Shown here piece after piece: positions 1-10,074 of a stretch of 64,000 nt of DNA (position 1 is the stretch's first letter; every line of letters begins with the position of its first letter). A program made the translations under genes and the position numbers. Under the pieces are notes generated by a model. The model searched no databases, was not told where the DNA came from, and saw nothing but the letters and a program-made list of their open reading frames with translations. Source of the stretch: Dehalococcoidia bacterium (GTDB taxonomy: Bacteria; Chloroflexota; Dehalococcoidia; UBA6926). The stretch lies in the NCBI GenBank assembly GCA_965214725.1, contig OZ243973.1, positions 801,938 to 865,937 on the forward strand. Direction: 5' to 3'.

Positions 1-311
1 ATCCGGAAGTGGTCGATGCGATGCGAGAGATCGGGCTGGACCTGGGAGACGCCACTCCGCAAGTCGTGACTGAAGAGATGCTGGAGGGGGCCGACCGTGT
101 CATCACCATGGGATGCAATGTTGATGACGCCTGCCCCGCCGCGATATTCGACGCGGAGGATTGGGGGCTGCCTGATCCCATGGGACGGCCGGCGCATGAG
201 GTTCGTGAAATCCGTGACACGATACGGGCGCGGGTGCTTGCACTGTTAGGGGAGTTGGGAATACCGGTATCCGAGGGGGTACGCGATGGATACAATCCCT
301 GGCAGGAATGA
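1..311 (+). CDS. C-terminal fragment of an ArsC/low-molecular-weight phosphatase family protein (arsenate reductase-like); 5' end lies outside the window
   Basis: Translation ...ITMGCNVDDACP...EDWGLPDP... resembles the C-terminal half of LMW-PTP/ArsC fold proteins. The ORF is open to position 1. Confidence 0.45.
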   Translation, partial: PEVVDAMREIGLDLGDATPQVVTEEMLEGADRVITMGCNVDDACPAAIFDAEDWGLPDPMGRPAHEVREIRDTIRARVLALLGELGIPVSEGVRDGYNPWQE

Positions 312-319
312 CGAGGCAT

Positions 320-336
320 CTTAACCCTCACTTAAT
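320..336 (+). promoter_or_regulatory. Candidate Pho-box-like direct repeat (CTTAAC n5 CTTAAT, 11-bp periodicity) upstream of pstC
   Basis: Two hexamer direct repeats with 11-bp centre-to-centre spacing lie about 60 nt upstream of the pstC start. No pstS lies between arsC-like and pstC. Confidence 0.25.
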
Positions 337-398
337 CTACGTGGGGCATTCTTAGGCCGGGGGTAGGGGAAATGACTGGGGTGGAGGACTAAAGATTC

Positions 399-1358
399 TT
401 GGCTGAAGCGTCATCGACATACAACGCGCCGCGCGCATCACGTGAGGACCTGCACAAGCGGCTGCTGTCCGGCTCTCGCTCAGGGCGCGGAACAGAGGCA
501 GTCATCCACGCGCTTCTCTTGGCGGCGACGGTTATCTCGATCGCCACGACGTTGGGCATCGTCTTCGTGCTGGTGAATGAGAGTTTCCGGTTCTTTCAGG
601 ACGTCTCCGTCATTGATTTCCTGACGGGCACAGTCTGGACTCCCCGCTTTCAGCCATCACTCTTCGGCGTGCTCCCGCTCGTGGCCGGCACTGTTCTGGT
701 TGCCGCCATCGCCATCATGGTTGCAGGGCCCGTCGGCCTCTTCACTGCCATCTTCCTGAGCGAGTACGCGCCGGACGGATTCCGCCGCGTCGTCAAGCCA
801 ATGTTGGAGATCCTCGCAGGAATCCCGACCGTGGTGTACGGCTACTTTGCGCTCACATTCGTGACGCCGCTGCTGCAGGAGTATCTGTTCCCGGACATGA
901 TCATCTTCAATGCGCTAAGCGCCGGCCTTGTCATGGGCGTCATGATCATCCCCATCGTGTCGTCACTGACAGAGGACGCAATGCTGGCCGTGCCGCGCTC
1001 TCTGCGTGAGGCCGCCTATGCGTTGGGGGCAACGCGGTTTGAGGTGGCGACGCGTGTCGTCACGCCCGCGGCGCTCTCCGGCATCGTCGCCGCCCTCATC
1101 CTTGGGCTGTCGCGCGCCATCGGCGAGACGATGCTGGTCACCATTGCGGCCGGAGCAACGCCGCGCCTCACCGTTGACCCGCGTGAGAGCATCCAGACGA
1201 TGACGGCGTACATCGTCCAGGTGGGGTTTGGTGAAACGCCGCAGGGCACGACGATTTACTACACCATCTTCGCTGTAGCGCTGCTCCTCTTCGTGATGAC
1301 ACTCGTGATGAACATCCTGGGGCAGTGGGTTGTCCGACGCTGGAGGCAGGCCTACTAA
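399..1358 (+). CDS. pstC: Phosphate ABC transporter permease PstC
   Basis: Multi-TM protein with the EAAxALGATRxE permease signature ([12 protein letters not shown]). First gene of the pst cluster. Confidence 0.85.
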   Translation: MAEASSTYNAPRASREDLHKRLLSGSRSGRGTEAVIHALLLAATVISIATTLGIVFVLVNESFRFFQDVSVIDFLTGTVWTPRFQPSLFGVLPLVAGTVLVAAIAIMVAGPVGLFTAIFLSEYAPDGFRRVVKPMLEILAGIPTVVYGYFALTFVTPLLQEYLFPDMIIFNALSAGLVMGVMIIPIVSSLTEDAMLAVPRSLREAAYALGATRFEVATRVVTPAALSGIVAALILGLSRAIGETMLVTIAAGATPRLTVDPRESIQTMTAYIVQVGFGETPQGTTIYYTIFAVALLLFVMTLVMNILGQWVVRRWRQAY

Positions 1359-1370
1359 GGCGCGGCATCC

Positions 1371-2282
1371 ATGGGAACACAACAACACAGCGCCCCCGTT
1401 AACAGCGTCAGCGCAGAGCAGTTCGATCGGAGTCTGCGAGGACGCCGCCTTATCGGCAAGGCGGCCGTGATCCTCTTCTTTCTCTCGACATTCGTCGGGC
1501 TGGCAACGCTGGCCGCGCTCCTCATTGATGTGCTCATTGACGGGCTGCCGTGGATCGATTGGGACTTCCTATCGACATATCCATCTCGCCGCCCGGAGGA
1601 TGCCGGCCTTCGCTCAGCCCTCTTTGGAACGCTCTGGATCGGGGGACTGACAGCCCTGTTCACGTTCCCCATCGGCACGGCAACGGCGATCTATCTGGAG
1701 GAATACGCGCCGCGCAACAGGCTCACGCAGCTGATTGAGGTGAACATCTCCAACTTGGCAGGTGTGCCTTCGATCGTCTATGGACTGCTCGGGTTGGCCG
1801 TCTTCGTCTTCCTGCTGGGCATGGGACGCGTAATCCTGGCCGGCGCGCTCACGCTCACCCTGCTTGTGCTGCCCCTGCTCATTGTGGCGGGGCGAGAGGC
1901 GATACGCGCAGTGCCGGACAGTTATCGGCAGGGATCATTGGCATTGGGGGCGACGCGATGGCAGACGGTGCGGCATGTGGTGCTGCCATCCGCGATGCCC
2001 GGCATCCTGACGGGCACCATCCTCGCAATGTCCCGGGCAATCGGCGAGGCGGCGCCGCTCCTCGCAATCTCCGGTCTCGTCTTTGTCACGTTCACGCCCG
2101 GCCATCCCCTCGAGCGGTTCACCGTTCTGCCGATTCAGATCTTCAATTGGGTCTCACGCCCGCAGCTGGATTGGCAGCACGTCACCGCGGCGGCGATCAT
2201 CATCCTGCTGCTGGTCTTGCTGTCAATGAATGCGACGGCGATCTTCCTACGGGACAGGTTCCAGCGGCGGTCAGAAGAATAG
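1371..2282 (+). CDS. pstA: Phosphate ABC transporter permease PstA
   Basis: Second permease; EAAxxLGA-like motif ([12 protein letters not shown]). Directly follows pstC. Confidence 0.85.
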   Translation: MGTQQHSAPVNSVSAEQFDRSLRGRRLIGKAAVILFFLSTFVGLATLAALLIDVLIDGLPWIDWDFLSTYPSRRPEDAGLRSALFGTLWIGGLTALFTFPIGTATAIYLEEYAPRNRLTQLIEVNISNLAGVPSIVYGLLGLAVFVFLLGMGRVILAGALTLTLLVLPLLIVAGREAIRAVPDSYRQGSLALGATRWQTVRHVVLPSAMPGILTGTILAMSRAIGEAAPLLAISGLVFVTFTPGHPLERFTVLPIQIFNWVSRPQLDWQHVTAAAIIILLLVLLSMNATAIFLRDRFQRRSEE

Positions 2283-2320
2283 CAGGACACATTTATGCGG
2301 ACACGGGAGAAAAGAGTCAC

Positions 2321-3109
2321 ATGACAACTGCGCCAGCGGTCTCTGCGCCGCCTGCCCTATCCGCCCGCGGGCTTAGCCTCTATTACGGAGGCTTCCGCGC
2401 GCTCAAGGACGTTGATCTGGAGATTCCCCAACACAAGATCACGTCCTTTATCGGGCCGTCCGGCTGCGGCAAGAGCTCACTCCTACGCTGCATGAATCGG
2501 ATGAATGACCTGATCCGGACAGCGCGCGTGGAGGGGCAGGTCTTCTTCAACGGGGATGACATCTACGCGGAGGAGGCGGACCCCACGCACATTCGGTTCC
2601 GCGTCGGCATGGTCTTTCAGAAGCCCAACCCGTTCCCGAAATCGATCTATGATAACGTCGCCTTTGGCCCCAGGCTCGCCGGCTACAAGGGTGATATGGA
2701 CGCGCTCGTTGAACGCTGCTTGAGGCAGGCCGCCCTGTGGGACGAGGTGAAAGACCGCCTGAAGGAATCCGCGTATCGGCTCTCCGGCGGGCAGCAGCAG
2801 CGGCTCTGCATCGCGCGGACGCTGGCGCCGGACCCGGAGGTCATCCTGATGGATGAGCCTTGCTCAGCGCTCGATCCCATCGCGACGCTCGCCATCGAGG
2901 AGTTGATGCGGGAGCTGGCGCCGAATTACACCATCGTGCTGGTCACCCACAACATGCAGCAGGCCGCCCGCGTCTCAGACCATACGGCGTTCCTCACCGT
3001 CGATGAGCACCGCACCGGCTATCTCGTTGAGTTCGGTGAAACGGGGACGATCTTCTCGATGCCGCGAGAGAAATCGACAGAAGATTACATTACAGGCCGC
3101 TTTGGCTAA
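2321..3109 (+). CDS. pstB: Phosphate ABC transporter ATP-binding protein PstB
   Basis: Walker [26 protein letters not shown] signature and the PstB-specific N-terminus ([14 protein letters not shown]). The six-frame ORF 1958..3109 has a spurious N-extension overlapping pstA; the ATG at 2321 matches PstB homolog length. Confidence 0.85.
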   Translation: MTTAPAVSAPPALSARGLSLYYGGFRALKDVDLEIPQHKITSFIGPSGCGKSSLLRCMNRMNDLIRTARVEGQVFFNGDDIYAEEADPTHIRFRVGMVFQKPNPFPKSIYDNVAFGPRLAGYKGDMDALVERCLRQAALWDEVKDRLKESAYRLSGGQQQRLCIARTLAPDPEVILMDEPCSALDPIATLAIEELMRELAPNYTIVLVTHNMQQAARVSDHTAFLTVDEHRTGYLVEFGETGTIFSMPREKSTEDYITGRFG

Positions 3110-3124
3110 GGGGACAGGCGTACA

Positions 3125-4054
3125 ATGACACATCAGCTTAGGGAAGACACCGATGGCGGGGTGGCAATCGGCCCGCCTATCATGACCATGGTGGCGAACA
3201 GACAGGAACGAGACACTCGCATGGACATGCCCGGTGGGATGCCGCTGCCTGACCATCTCTCTGACCGCCTACCGGTGGCGGATCGCCCCATCTCCCTGAG
3301 CACGAAGAATATGTCGCTCTACTACGGCGAGTTCAGGGCGCTCAAGGACATCTCCGTTGAGATTCCGGAACGAACGGTCACGGCGATTATCGGCGCATCC
3401 GGCTGCGGCAAGAGTTCCTTCCTGCGCAGCTTCAACCGGATGAATGACCTGATCCCCGGCGCGCGCCTGGAGGGAACGGTGGAGCTGGGCGGCGTCCCCA
3501 TCTATGATCGGCGCGTTGATGTGACTGAGCTGCGCCGCGTCGTCGGCATGGTGTTCCAACGCCCCAACCCGCTCCCGATGTCCATCTATGAAAACATCGC
3601 CTACGGCCCCCGGAGGCGTGGCGTGGGGAATCGCGCAGAGCTGGACGGCATTGTCGAGAGATGCCTCACGCAGGCGGGGCTGTGGGATGAGGTGAAGGAC
3701 AAGCTCAAGCAGGAGGGCAATGAACTATCCGGCGGGCAGCAACAGCGGCTCTGCATCGCGCGGACGCTGGCCGTGGAGCCGGACGTCATCCTGATGGATG
3801 AGCCATGCTCCGCGCTCGACCCCGCCTCAACGCTGCACATCGAGGAACTCATGCAAGAGCTGGGGCGTGAGTACACGATCCTCGTCGTCACTCACAACAT
3901 GCAGCAGGCCGCACGCGTGTCTGAGATGACCGCATTTATGCATATGATTGAGGATCGCGCGGGCGCCCTGATAGAGTTTGGCCCAACAACAGGGATCTTC
4001 ACCAACCCGAAAGAAAAGACGACTGAGGACTACATCACGGGCCGTTTCAGTTAA
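3125..4054 (+). CDS. pstB: Second PstB-type phosphate ABC transporter ATPase paralog (alternative start at 3221)
   Basis: Walker [26 protein letters not shown] and [14 protein letters not shown]; a tandem paralog of the preceding pstB. Confidence 0.8.
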   Translation: MTHQLREDTDGGVAIGPPIMTMVANRQERDTRMDMPGGMPLPDHLSDRLPVADRPISLSTKNMSLYYGEFRALKDISVEIPERTVTAIIGASGCGKSSFLRSFNRMNDLIPGARLEGTVELGGVPIYDRRVDVTELRRVVGMVFQRPNPLPMSIYENIAYGPRRRGVGNRAELDGIVERCLTQAGLWDEVKDKLKQEGNELSGGQQQRLCIARTLAVEPDVILMDEPCSALDPASTLHIEELMQELGREYTILVVTHNMQQAARVSEMTAFMHMIEDRAGALIEFGPTTGIFTNPKEKTTEDYITGRFS

Positions 4055-4100
4055 GAGGGCAGAGCGGCGGGCACGCTGATAGGCGAAGAGAGGAACTACA

Positions 4101-4781
4101 ATGGCAATGGAACGGCACCCCACCAGGCAGGACTTTGACCGGCTCCTGCAGGAGCTGCAGGATGATGTTCTTGCAATGGGCTCCATGGTGGACAAGTCCA
4201 TCGAAAGGTCGACAGAGGCGCTCGTCACCCGGGATGCCGCCCTCGCGCGGCAGGTAATCGCCGAGGATGAACAGATCGACGCGACGCGATTTGAGATTGA
4301 AGAGAAGGCCATCCGCCTCATCGCCACACAGCAGCCCATGGCGAGCGATCTGCGCGTATTAGTCACCGTCCTCTATGTCATTGTCGATCTTGAGCGGATG
4401 GCAGACCATGCGGAGGGGAACGGGCGCATCGCAGAGATGATCGGCGCGGACGGCACGATTCGGCCGCTTGAAACCCTACCCCGCATGGCGGATAAGTGCC
4501 GTGACATGCTTCGCCGGTCACTCTCCGCTCTGGTCAGTCATGACGCGGAGGCGGCGCGTCAGATCTGTGAGGAGGATGATGAGGTGGACGAGATGCAGAA
4601 CTCGTCCTACCACATGCTGCTGCAGGTCATGCTTGAGAACCCGTCCCGCGTCCAGGAGGCGACGTACCTGCTGTGGGCGACGCACAACCTGGAACGCATC
4701 GCAGACCGGACAACCAACATCGCAGAACGAGTCATCTACCTAGTAACCGGCCACATGGAAGAACTAGCCAGCAAGCTGTGA
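4101..4781 (+). CDS. phoU: Phosphate signalling complex protein PhoU
   Basis: Two PhoU repeats with the typical DLERxxDHA motif (VDLERMADHAEG); sits downstream of pstB. Confidence 0.85.
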   Translation: MAMERHPTRQDFDRLLQELQDDVLAMGSMVDKSIERSTEALVTRDAALARQVIAEDEQIDATRFEIEEKAIRLIATQQPMASDLRVLVTVLYVIVDLERMADHAEGNGRIAEMIGADGTIRPLETLPRMADKCRDMLRRSLSALVSHDAEAARQICEEDDEVDEMQNSSYHMLLQVMLENPSRVQEATYLLWATHNLERIADRTTNIAERVIYLVTGHMEELASKL

Positions 4782-4834
4782 GCGTGGGTGGGGCGGGGGC
4801 GCGAGTTGGGGGGCGGCTGTATACTAGGCGTGTC

Positions 4835-5167
4835 ATGAGTGCCCGGGAACTGAACCCTCAACAAGCGACGGAAACGTGGCCTGTTGCCATAGACAGCTTG
4901 CAACCGGATAGTTTGTTGCGCATTGTGGAGCCCATCGCGGTGACGTGGACCGTGGAAGATGACACAACAATCGCCAACGCCCCGGAAATTAACGAGTATG
5001 GCTACGGGGATTCGGTTACTGAAGCAATCGAGGATCTCCAGGCAACCATCGCCGAACTCTACCTTCACTTGGACGAGAACCACGATAACTTAGGCCCGGA
5101 CCTGCAAAACGTCTACAAAACTCTCACGAGAAAGCTCAAGAAGATCAATGCCAATCACGGCGCGTGA
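4835..5167 (+). CDS. HicB-like antitoxin (UPF0150/HicB fold)
   Basis: ...NEYGYGDSVTEAIEDLQATIAELYLHL... matches the HicB/UPF0150 core pattern (GYxAxxPELPGCxSxGDTxEEAxxNxxEAIELYLE). Overlaps the next small ORF by 21 nt. The six-frame ORF 4673..5167 N-extension overlapping phoU is rejected; the ATG at 4835 is used. Confidence 0.5.
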   Translation: MSARELNPQQATETWPVAIDSLQPDSLLRIVEPIAVTWTVEDDTTIANAPEINEYGYGDSVTEAIEDLQATIAELYLHLDENHDNLGPDLQNVYKTLTRKLKKINANHGA

Positions 5168-5311
5168 GTTTGACAGAATCGTCCGCAAGTTCGGTTTCGA
5201 ATTCCGTGAGAGCGGCGAGGGTACGGCCGAGGTGCACTCATTCCCCTCATACCCGCGCGTTCTCCTCATACCCGCGAAAGCGGGTATCCATCGGGGCTCC
5301 CAACCTTAGAG
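5147..5311 (+). pseudogene. HicA/YcfA-like toxin remnant; C-terminal half replaced by REP1 element sequence
   Basis: The N-terminus MPITAREFDRIVRKFGFEF resembles the YcfA/HicA family (…RKFGFELVRQKGSH…). The conserved GSH motif is missing, and the last ~25 codons are the translation of a REP1 repeat (…IPAKAGIHRG…). Confidence 0.4.
5264..5294. repeat. REP1-family palindromic element (core ATWCCCGCG-AAAG-CGGGWAT flanked by GATGG/CCATC and GAGGGGA/TCCCCTCA)
   Basis: cctcatacccgcgaaagcgggtatccatcgg; related copies at 8573, 19704, 20426, 20563, 26329, 36611, 37187 and 60679. Confidence 0.8.
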
Positions 5312-5343
5312 ACCACGGATGAGGCAGTGCGGCGAGCAGTGGA

Positions 5344-7158
5344 CTAAATCTTGTCCGCGTAGGGCCAGATTTCGATTATCTTCTCGGCCATCCACTTGCT
5401 GCGGCGCTCGATGGCGTCCTCGTCCCAGACATTTCCGGCCATCTCCAAGAGCTCGGTGTTGAGGCGCAACGTGGTGTGCTTCTTGAGTGTGTCAATCTTG
5501 CTTTCCCAAGCACCATTGGACAAGGAGACATTCAGTTTCTGCGTGACCAACGTAATGTTGCCAATCTCCTTGATTGCATTCGCCCTCTTGCCCAACCTCT
5601 CTTCATTCTGCATTTGCTCTGGCGGCAGCTGCCAGTTTCGTTGCCACGATTGGGGCATGATGTGTTCACGGGACAGATTGCCTGCAACAAGTTTCTCGGT
5701 CATTCCCGTCCGGATATGCTGCTCGATGGCCTCCAGTACCATCACTTGCCTTCCCACAGTGCCCTTCATAGGCTGTCCCACCAGGCTATCCCGGATATGA
5801 GAATCCAGCGGCCAAGTTCGATTTTCCGAAGTTTGACCTCGCAAGAACTCTACGATCGCATCTGGCACTGACCGATGCGTTTCGTGAATCAGCTTGCCAG
5901 TTAGTTCAAAGAAGAGTCTGTTCAATCCTTGGGATTGTTGGCCGCAGAGCATCCTTCTAACCAAGTAACTCTCAAGTGCCTTCGTTGATCGCACTATGTC
6001 ATCCTCAGCAACGTCTTCTGTGTAGAGCCGCAATAGGAGTGGAATGACAACGCCCAATTCCATCGTCTTGAGCCTCTGCAAAAACTGCTCTATTCCCGGC
6101 TGTCGCGCCTCCTCCATATCCAAATAAAATTGTCCAGCTCTGCGGAGTTCGGCAGCGATATTGTCTATATCATTTGGCCGCGACTCAACCACGGTTCGGA
6201 AACCCTTGTAAACTCGCTCCGCCGTCACTTCGACACCATCACCTTGTTTCATTGATTCTATTTCTAGGGCAGTCCAATAGTTCAGAAATCGATCCAAATG
6301 AATCCGGCTCAATCTACCTTCCTGGGTACCCCTTCGCCACCAATCTTGATCCTCTTCAAAGTACCCCCAAAGGTTACGAGCCTTTTGCTCGTCATCAACG
6401 ACATCGGCCCGGAACATAATTTCATTCTTGATGAGGTCAGATTCCAGTAGCCGTTCGGCTCGTGCATTCAGCACCGAGAATACAAAATGGGGTTTCTCGC
6501 TGGCATCCAGGTCAACTGTTGCCAATTTCATGTACTCGGACAGGGTCTTCTTCAAAGCCTCAGTCCGTTCCTCCCTCTCGCGCGGAGCCTCATTCATCCA
6601 AGACGTAGCCTTGCCCAAGAAATAGCTGAGGGCTTCATCGATGCCCCTTGCTGTAGGTGTCGCTGTTCCTTGCCGGATAACATTCTGAAATGAAGTCCTA
6701 TCACTCACATTTGATTGGCGCACTTTTGTCTGATTCTCGGTATCGTCAGTCCAAGATCTCTCGTCATTCAGCGTCAGCCTTTGGAGATCGTTCGCTCTAT
6801 CATTGTCACCAAGATTGCGGAAACACTGCTGCACGGCTCGAATCAAGACTTGCAGAGTCGTGAGCCTTTGCTGTCCGTCAACGACGATCTGTCGATCCAC
6901 CTTAGGGCCGGAACCCGAACTATACTGAGACTGCAAAATGATTGCCCCCATGAAGTGGGCGGGGACGTTTGAATCGGAGGATCTCATGAGTTCGAGAGCC
7001 TTGTCTTTCACATCTTCCCAAAGCGGGTACCATTGGTCATCCTCAGTCCACGCATACGGTCGCTGAAACACCGGAATCCGATACGAGACGTTATAGCCAA
7101 AGAGCTCGTCAAGCGTCCGCACATTTGCGTCCATAATCGTTATTCCCCTTTCTCTCAA
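5344..7158 (-). CDS. GmrSD-like DUF262 (ParB/Srx-like NTPase, DGQQRLTTL) fused to DUF1524 (HNH-like) — putative type IV modification-dependent restriction endonuclease
   Basis: N-terminal ...IPVFQRPYAWTEDDQW... and DGQQRLTTL motif (DUF262). C-terminal ...HIMPQSWQRNW...NLTLVTQKLNVSLSNGAWESKIDTLKK (DUF1524 His-Me finger-like). Visibly lower GC than its neighbours. Confidence 0.7.
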   Translation of the reverse strand: MRERGITIMDANVRTLDELFGYNVSYRIPVFQRPYAWTEDDQWYPLWEDVKDKALELMRSSDSNVPAHFMGAIILQSQYSSGSGPKVDRQIVVDGQQRLTTLQVLIRAVQQCFRNLGDNDRANDLQRLTLNDERSWTDDTENQTKVRQSNVSDRTSFQNVIRQGTATPTARGIDEALSYFLGKATSWMNEAPREREERTEALKKTLSEYMKLATVDLDASEKPHFVFSVLNARAERLLESDLIKNEIMFRADVVDDEQKARNLWGYFEEDQDWWRRGTQEGRLSRIHLDRFLNYWTALEIESMKQGDGVEVTAERVYKGFRTVVESRPNDIDNIAAELRRAGQFYLDMEEARQPGIEQFLQRLKTMELGVVIPLLLRLYTEDVAEDDIVRSTKALESYLVRRMLCGQQSQGLNRLFFELTGKLIHETHRSVPDAIVEFLRGQTSENRTWPLDSHIRDSLVGQPMKGTVGRQVMVLEAIEQHIRTGMTEKLVAGNLSREHIMPQSWQRNWQLPPEQMQNEERLGKRANAIKEIGNITLVTQKLNVSLSNGAWESKIDTLKKHTTLRLNTELLEMAGNVWDEDAIERRSKWMAEKIIEIWPYADKI

Positions 7159-7166
7159 CCCAACCC

Positions 7167-8519
7167 CTACGCAACCCCTGGGTGGTAGTCCATGCCGATG
7201 TGGCCCTTGTCTACTAGGTCTTGGTATTCCTCGTTTGAGTAGCCCATCACGCGCTTGTAGACGTATTCATTGTCTTGCCCGAGCAGCACGGCGTGCCGAC
7301 GGATCTCATACGGCGTGTTCTGCAGCCGGAATCCGACCGTCGGGTTCTTGTGCGTGCCCGCCTCCGGGTGCGTCACCTCCTGGAAGAACCCACGCTCCGC
7401 CACATGCGGGTCCACATGAACATCGTTCTCATCCATGACCATGCCGGCCGGGATGCCCGCCTCCTGCAGCCGGTTCATCGTCTCGCGCGCGTCCTGCTCG
7501 GCTGTCCACCGCGCGATGGCCTCGTCAAGCGCGCGCCGATTCTGATGCCGGCTGTGTGAGTCAGCAAAGCGGGGATCGTCGGCAAGGTTCGGCTCACCCA
7601 TGATCTGGCACAGCGTGCGGAACTCGGCGTCTGAGCGGCAGGCGATGGTCAGCCAGCGCTCATCGCCTGCACAGCGGTACACGTTATGAGGCGCCAAGAA
7701 CGGATGGCTGTTGCTGAGCTGCGTATAGACACGCCCGTTCATGGAGTAATCGAGTACGAAATCGCCAAGGAAAGGAACAAAGTTCTCGGCGGTGGGCGCC
7801 TCGATGAGGATTCCCTTGCCGGTCTTGTTGCGGTGTCGCAGGCCCATGACGAAAGCGAGCGCGCCACCGATGCCGCCCGCCGCATCGCTCGGCACACCGG
7901 TGGGGCCGCGGGACGGGTCTTCATCCGGGTAGGCGCGCAGGAGGGGATGCCCGGCGAGCGCCTCCATGTGGTTGCCCCAGGTGCGGTAGTTCTTATAGGG
8001 GCCCTCGATGCCGAACGCGGGCATCCGCACCATGATGAGGCGCGGATTGATGGCGGACAGGCGCTCCCATGTGATGCCGAAACGCTCCATGGAGATGGCG
8101 ACGTTGTTCTCCAGGAAGCCGTCTGCCTGCGCGACGAGTCTCTCCAGCGCCTCTTGCCCCTCCGGGCTGCCGAGGTCCATGGTGACGGAGAGCTTGTTGC
8201 GCCCATGCGTGTTGAAGATGGCCTGCCGGTTCCACGGCCGCTCGCCCGGATCATCATCAACGTAGCCCATGCCGGTGTTGCGCAGGCGCACCATCTCAAT
8301 GGGCGGGCGCGCCATCTGCCCGCGCGTACTGGTGGCGAAGTGTTTGATGGACTCGATGCGGATCACCTCCGCGCCCCAGTCCGCCAGGTGCATGGTGCCA
8401 TACGGGCCGGCCCACACAACGGTGATGTCCAGGATGCGCAGACCCTCAAGCGGCAGCTTGTCTGTGCCGGGAACGGGTGATCCGGTCATGTCTCGGCGGC
8501 CGTTCGATTGTGTGGTCAT
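7167..8519 (-). CDS. Family III CoA-transferase (CaiB/BaiF family)
   Basis: LEGLRILDITVVWAGPYGTMHLADWGAEVIRIES N-terminal signature of family III CoA transferases. Confidence 0.8.
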   Translation of the reverse strand: MTTQSNGRRDMTGSPVPGTDKLPLEGLRILDITVVWAGPYGTMHLADWGAEVIRIESIKHFATSTRGQMARPPIEMVRLRNTGMGYVDDDPGERPWNRQAIFNTHGRNKLSVTMDLGSPEGQEALERLVAQADGFLENNVAISMERFGITWERLSAINPRLIMVRMPAFGIEGPYKNYRTWGNHMEALAGHPLLRAYPDEDPSRGPTGVPSDAAGGIGGALAFVMGLRHRNKTGKGILIEAPTAENFVPFLGDFVLDYSMNGRVYTQLSNSHPFLAPHNVYRCAGDERWLTIACRSDAEFRTLCQIMGEPNLADDPRFADSHSRHQNRRALDEAIARWTAEQDARETMNRLQEAGIPAGMVMDENDVHVDPHVAERGFFQEVTHPEAGTHKNPTVGFRLQNTPYEIRRHAVLLGQDNEYVYKRVMGYSNEEYQDLVDKGHIGMDYHPGVA

Positions 8520-8572
8520 GATGTCAGGCTCCCTTGCGTTTCGTGTTGTCGCTTCTGTCTGTGTGTGTCAGT

Positions 8573-8640
8573 CCCGATGGTTTCCCGCTTTCGCGGGAAT
8601 GAGGGGAGTGGGCCGCGGGAATGAGGGTGTGGCCGCGGTG
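8573..8640. repeat. REP1-family element (one full copy plus a degenerate half copy)
   Basis: cccgatggtttcccgctttcgcgggaatgaggggag followed by gggccgcgggaatgagggtg. Confidence 0.75.
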
Positions 8641-8651
8641 AGGAGGCGCCA

Positions 8652-9869
8652 TCAGATCACCCCTTCGGAGCGCAGGAGTGACACCTCCTTGCCCTCGATG
8701 CCGATCTCATTCAGGATCTCAACCGTGTGCTCCCCCAGCAGTGGGGCACGGCGACGGGCGGGCCGTTCCCCGTCATCAAAATGGATGCGGGAATTGAACC
8801 CGGGGTAGAGTTGCGGGCCGGTGGCCGGGTGGTCGATGGTCTGCCAGAATCCGCGCTCAGCAAAGTCCTCGTCCTTGATAAGGTTCTCGATGGTGTTCAT
8901 CGGGCCGCCGAGCACGCCGAATTCCATGCAGGCACGCTGCACCTCCTTCATGGTGCGCTCCAGCATCCACGGGACCAGGATCGCCTCCCACTCCTCCGCC
9001 GCCTCAGGCCGAGACCGCGCCGCCACGCTGTCCCACCCGGGCTGTGAGAGAATCTCCTCCTGCCCCACCATACGCGCCATATTCGGAAACATGGCGGGGC
9101 CGGCCGTCGTCATGAACATCCCGTCAATGCACGGGTAGACACCGCTGCCCAGCCCGAGGCTCGCGCCCGGTGAGACGCGCATCGGCACCCTGCCGTTGTA
9201 CTGGTAGCCGAGCAGGCGCTGCATGCGACCATCGATGGACTGCAGCGTCACCTCAAAGTAGCTGACATCAATGTTCTCACCCTGCCCGCGCAGTTCAGCG
9301 TTGGTCAGGCCGAGGGCGGTGGCGAGCGCGGCGGCATAGCCAACATGGAAACTCGCCATGCGCCCCGCCGTCTTGATCGGCTCAAGCTCCGGATCGCCCG
9401 ATCCCCACATGTTGCCGCCCATCGCATACATGGTGAGGTCGAGCCCGACCCAATCCCGGTAGGGGCCGGTCTTGCCGAAGTTGCTGATGGAGGTCATCAC
9501 GAGGCGGGGGTTGATGCGGCTGAGCTCGTCATAGCCGAGGCCGGCATCCGGCATCACATCCGGCGGAAAGTTCTCGATGAGGATATCCGCATCCTTGACG
9601 AGGTCTTTGATGATCTGCTTGCCCTTTTCCGTCTTGAAATCCAACGTCATGGAGCGCTTATTGGTGTTGAGAAAGAGGAAGAGACCGCTCTTCTCAAGCC
9701 CCGGCTCATCATGGTAGAAGGGGCCGATGCGGCGGGCAGGATCGCCACCGCCTGGCTGCTCAATCTTGATAACATCGGCCCCATAATCGCCCAGGATGCG
9801 CGTGGCATACGGGCCGGCAGTGTAATGCGTCAGGTCAATGACGCGGACACCCTCCAACGGCATGAACAT
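8652..9869 (-). CDS. Family III CoA-transferase (CaiB/BaiF family), second adjacent paralog
   Basis: LEGVRVIDLTHYTAGPYATRILGDYGADVIKIEQPGGGDPAR signature. Confidence 0.8.
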   Translation of the reverse strand: MFMPLEGVRVIDLTHYTAGPYATRILGDYGADVIKIEQPGGGDPARRIGPFYHDEPGLEKSGLFLFLNTNKRSMTLDFKTEKGKQIIKDLVKDADILIENFPPDVMPDAGLGYDELSRINPRLVMTSISNFGKTGPYRDWVGLDLTMYAMGGNMWGSGDPELEPIKTAGRMASFHVGYAAALATALGLTNAELRGQGENIDVSYFEVTLQSIDGRMQRLLGYQYNGRVPMRVSPGASLGLGSGVYPCIDGMFMTTAGPAMFPNMARMVGQEEILSQPGWDSVAARSRPEAAEEWEAILVPWMLERTMKEVQRACMEFGVLGGPMNTIENLIKDEDFAERGFWQTIDHPATGPQLYPGFNSRIHFDDGERPARRRAPLLGEHTVEILNEIGIEGKEVSLLRSEGVI

Positions 9870-9890
9870 GATGTGTTCGCCCTCCTCCCC

Positions 9891-9925
9891 TCTCGTTGAC
9901 TCTCACCGCTCTCGTTGACTCTCAC
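9891..9925. promoter_or_regulatory. Two direct repeats TCTCGTTGACTCTCAC (19-bp period) in the divergent intergenic region
   Basis: Repeat copies at 9891-9906 and 9910-9925; each contains a TTGACT (-35-like) hexamer. The site lies between the CoA-transferase start (9869, minus) and the islet gene at 10075 (plus). Confidence 0.3.
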
Positions 9926-10074
9926 GGCAACATCAATCGATCCGCGAGTGCGCTAGGTAAGCGGCCTCCACCGCCGCCCATCACTCAGCCCCGCCACGCG
10001 AATAGATGACATATTGTTGCACCGAGAACAGGTGGGGTAAAGTGGTGATCCAATTAGCCAAAGGGGAGGAACGT

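Noticed and set aside
1958-2320. N-terminal 120-aa extension of the pstB six-frame ORF
   Set aside because: It overlaps pstA in another frame and has an Arg/Pro/His-rich non-protein-like translation. The ATG at 2321 gives a canonical PstB N-terminus.
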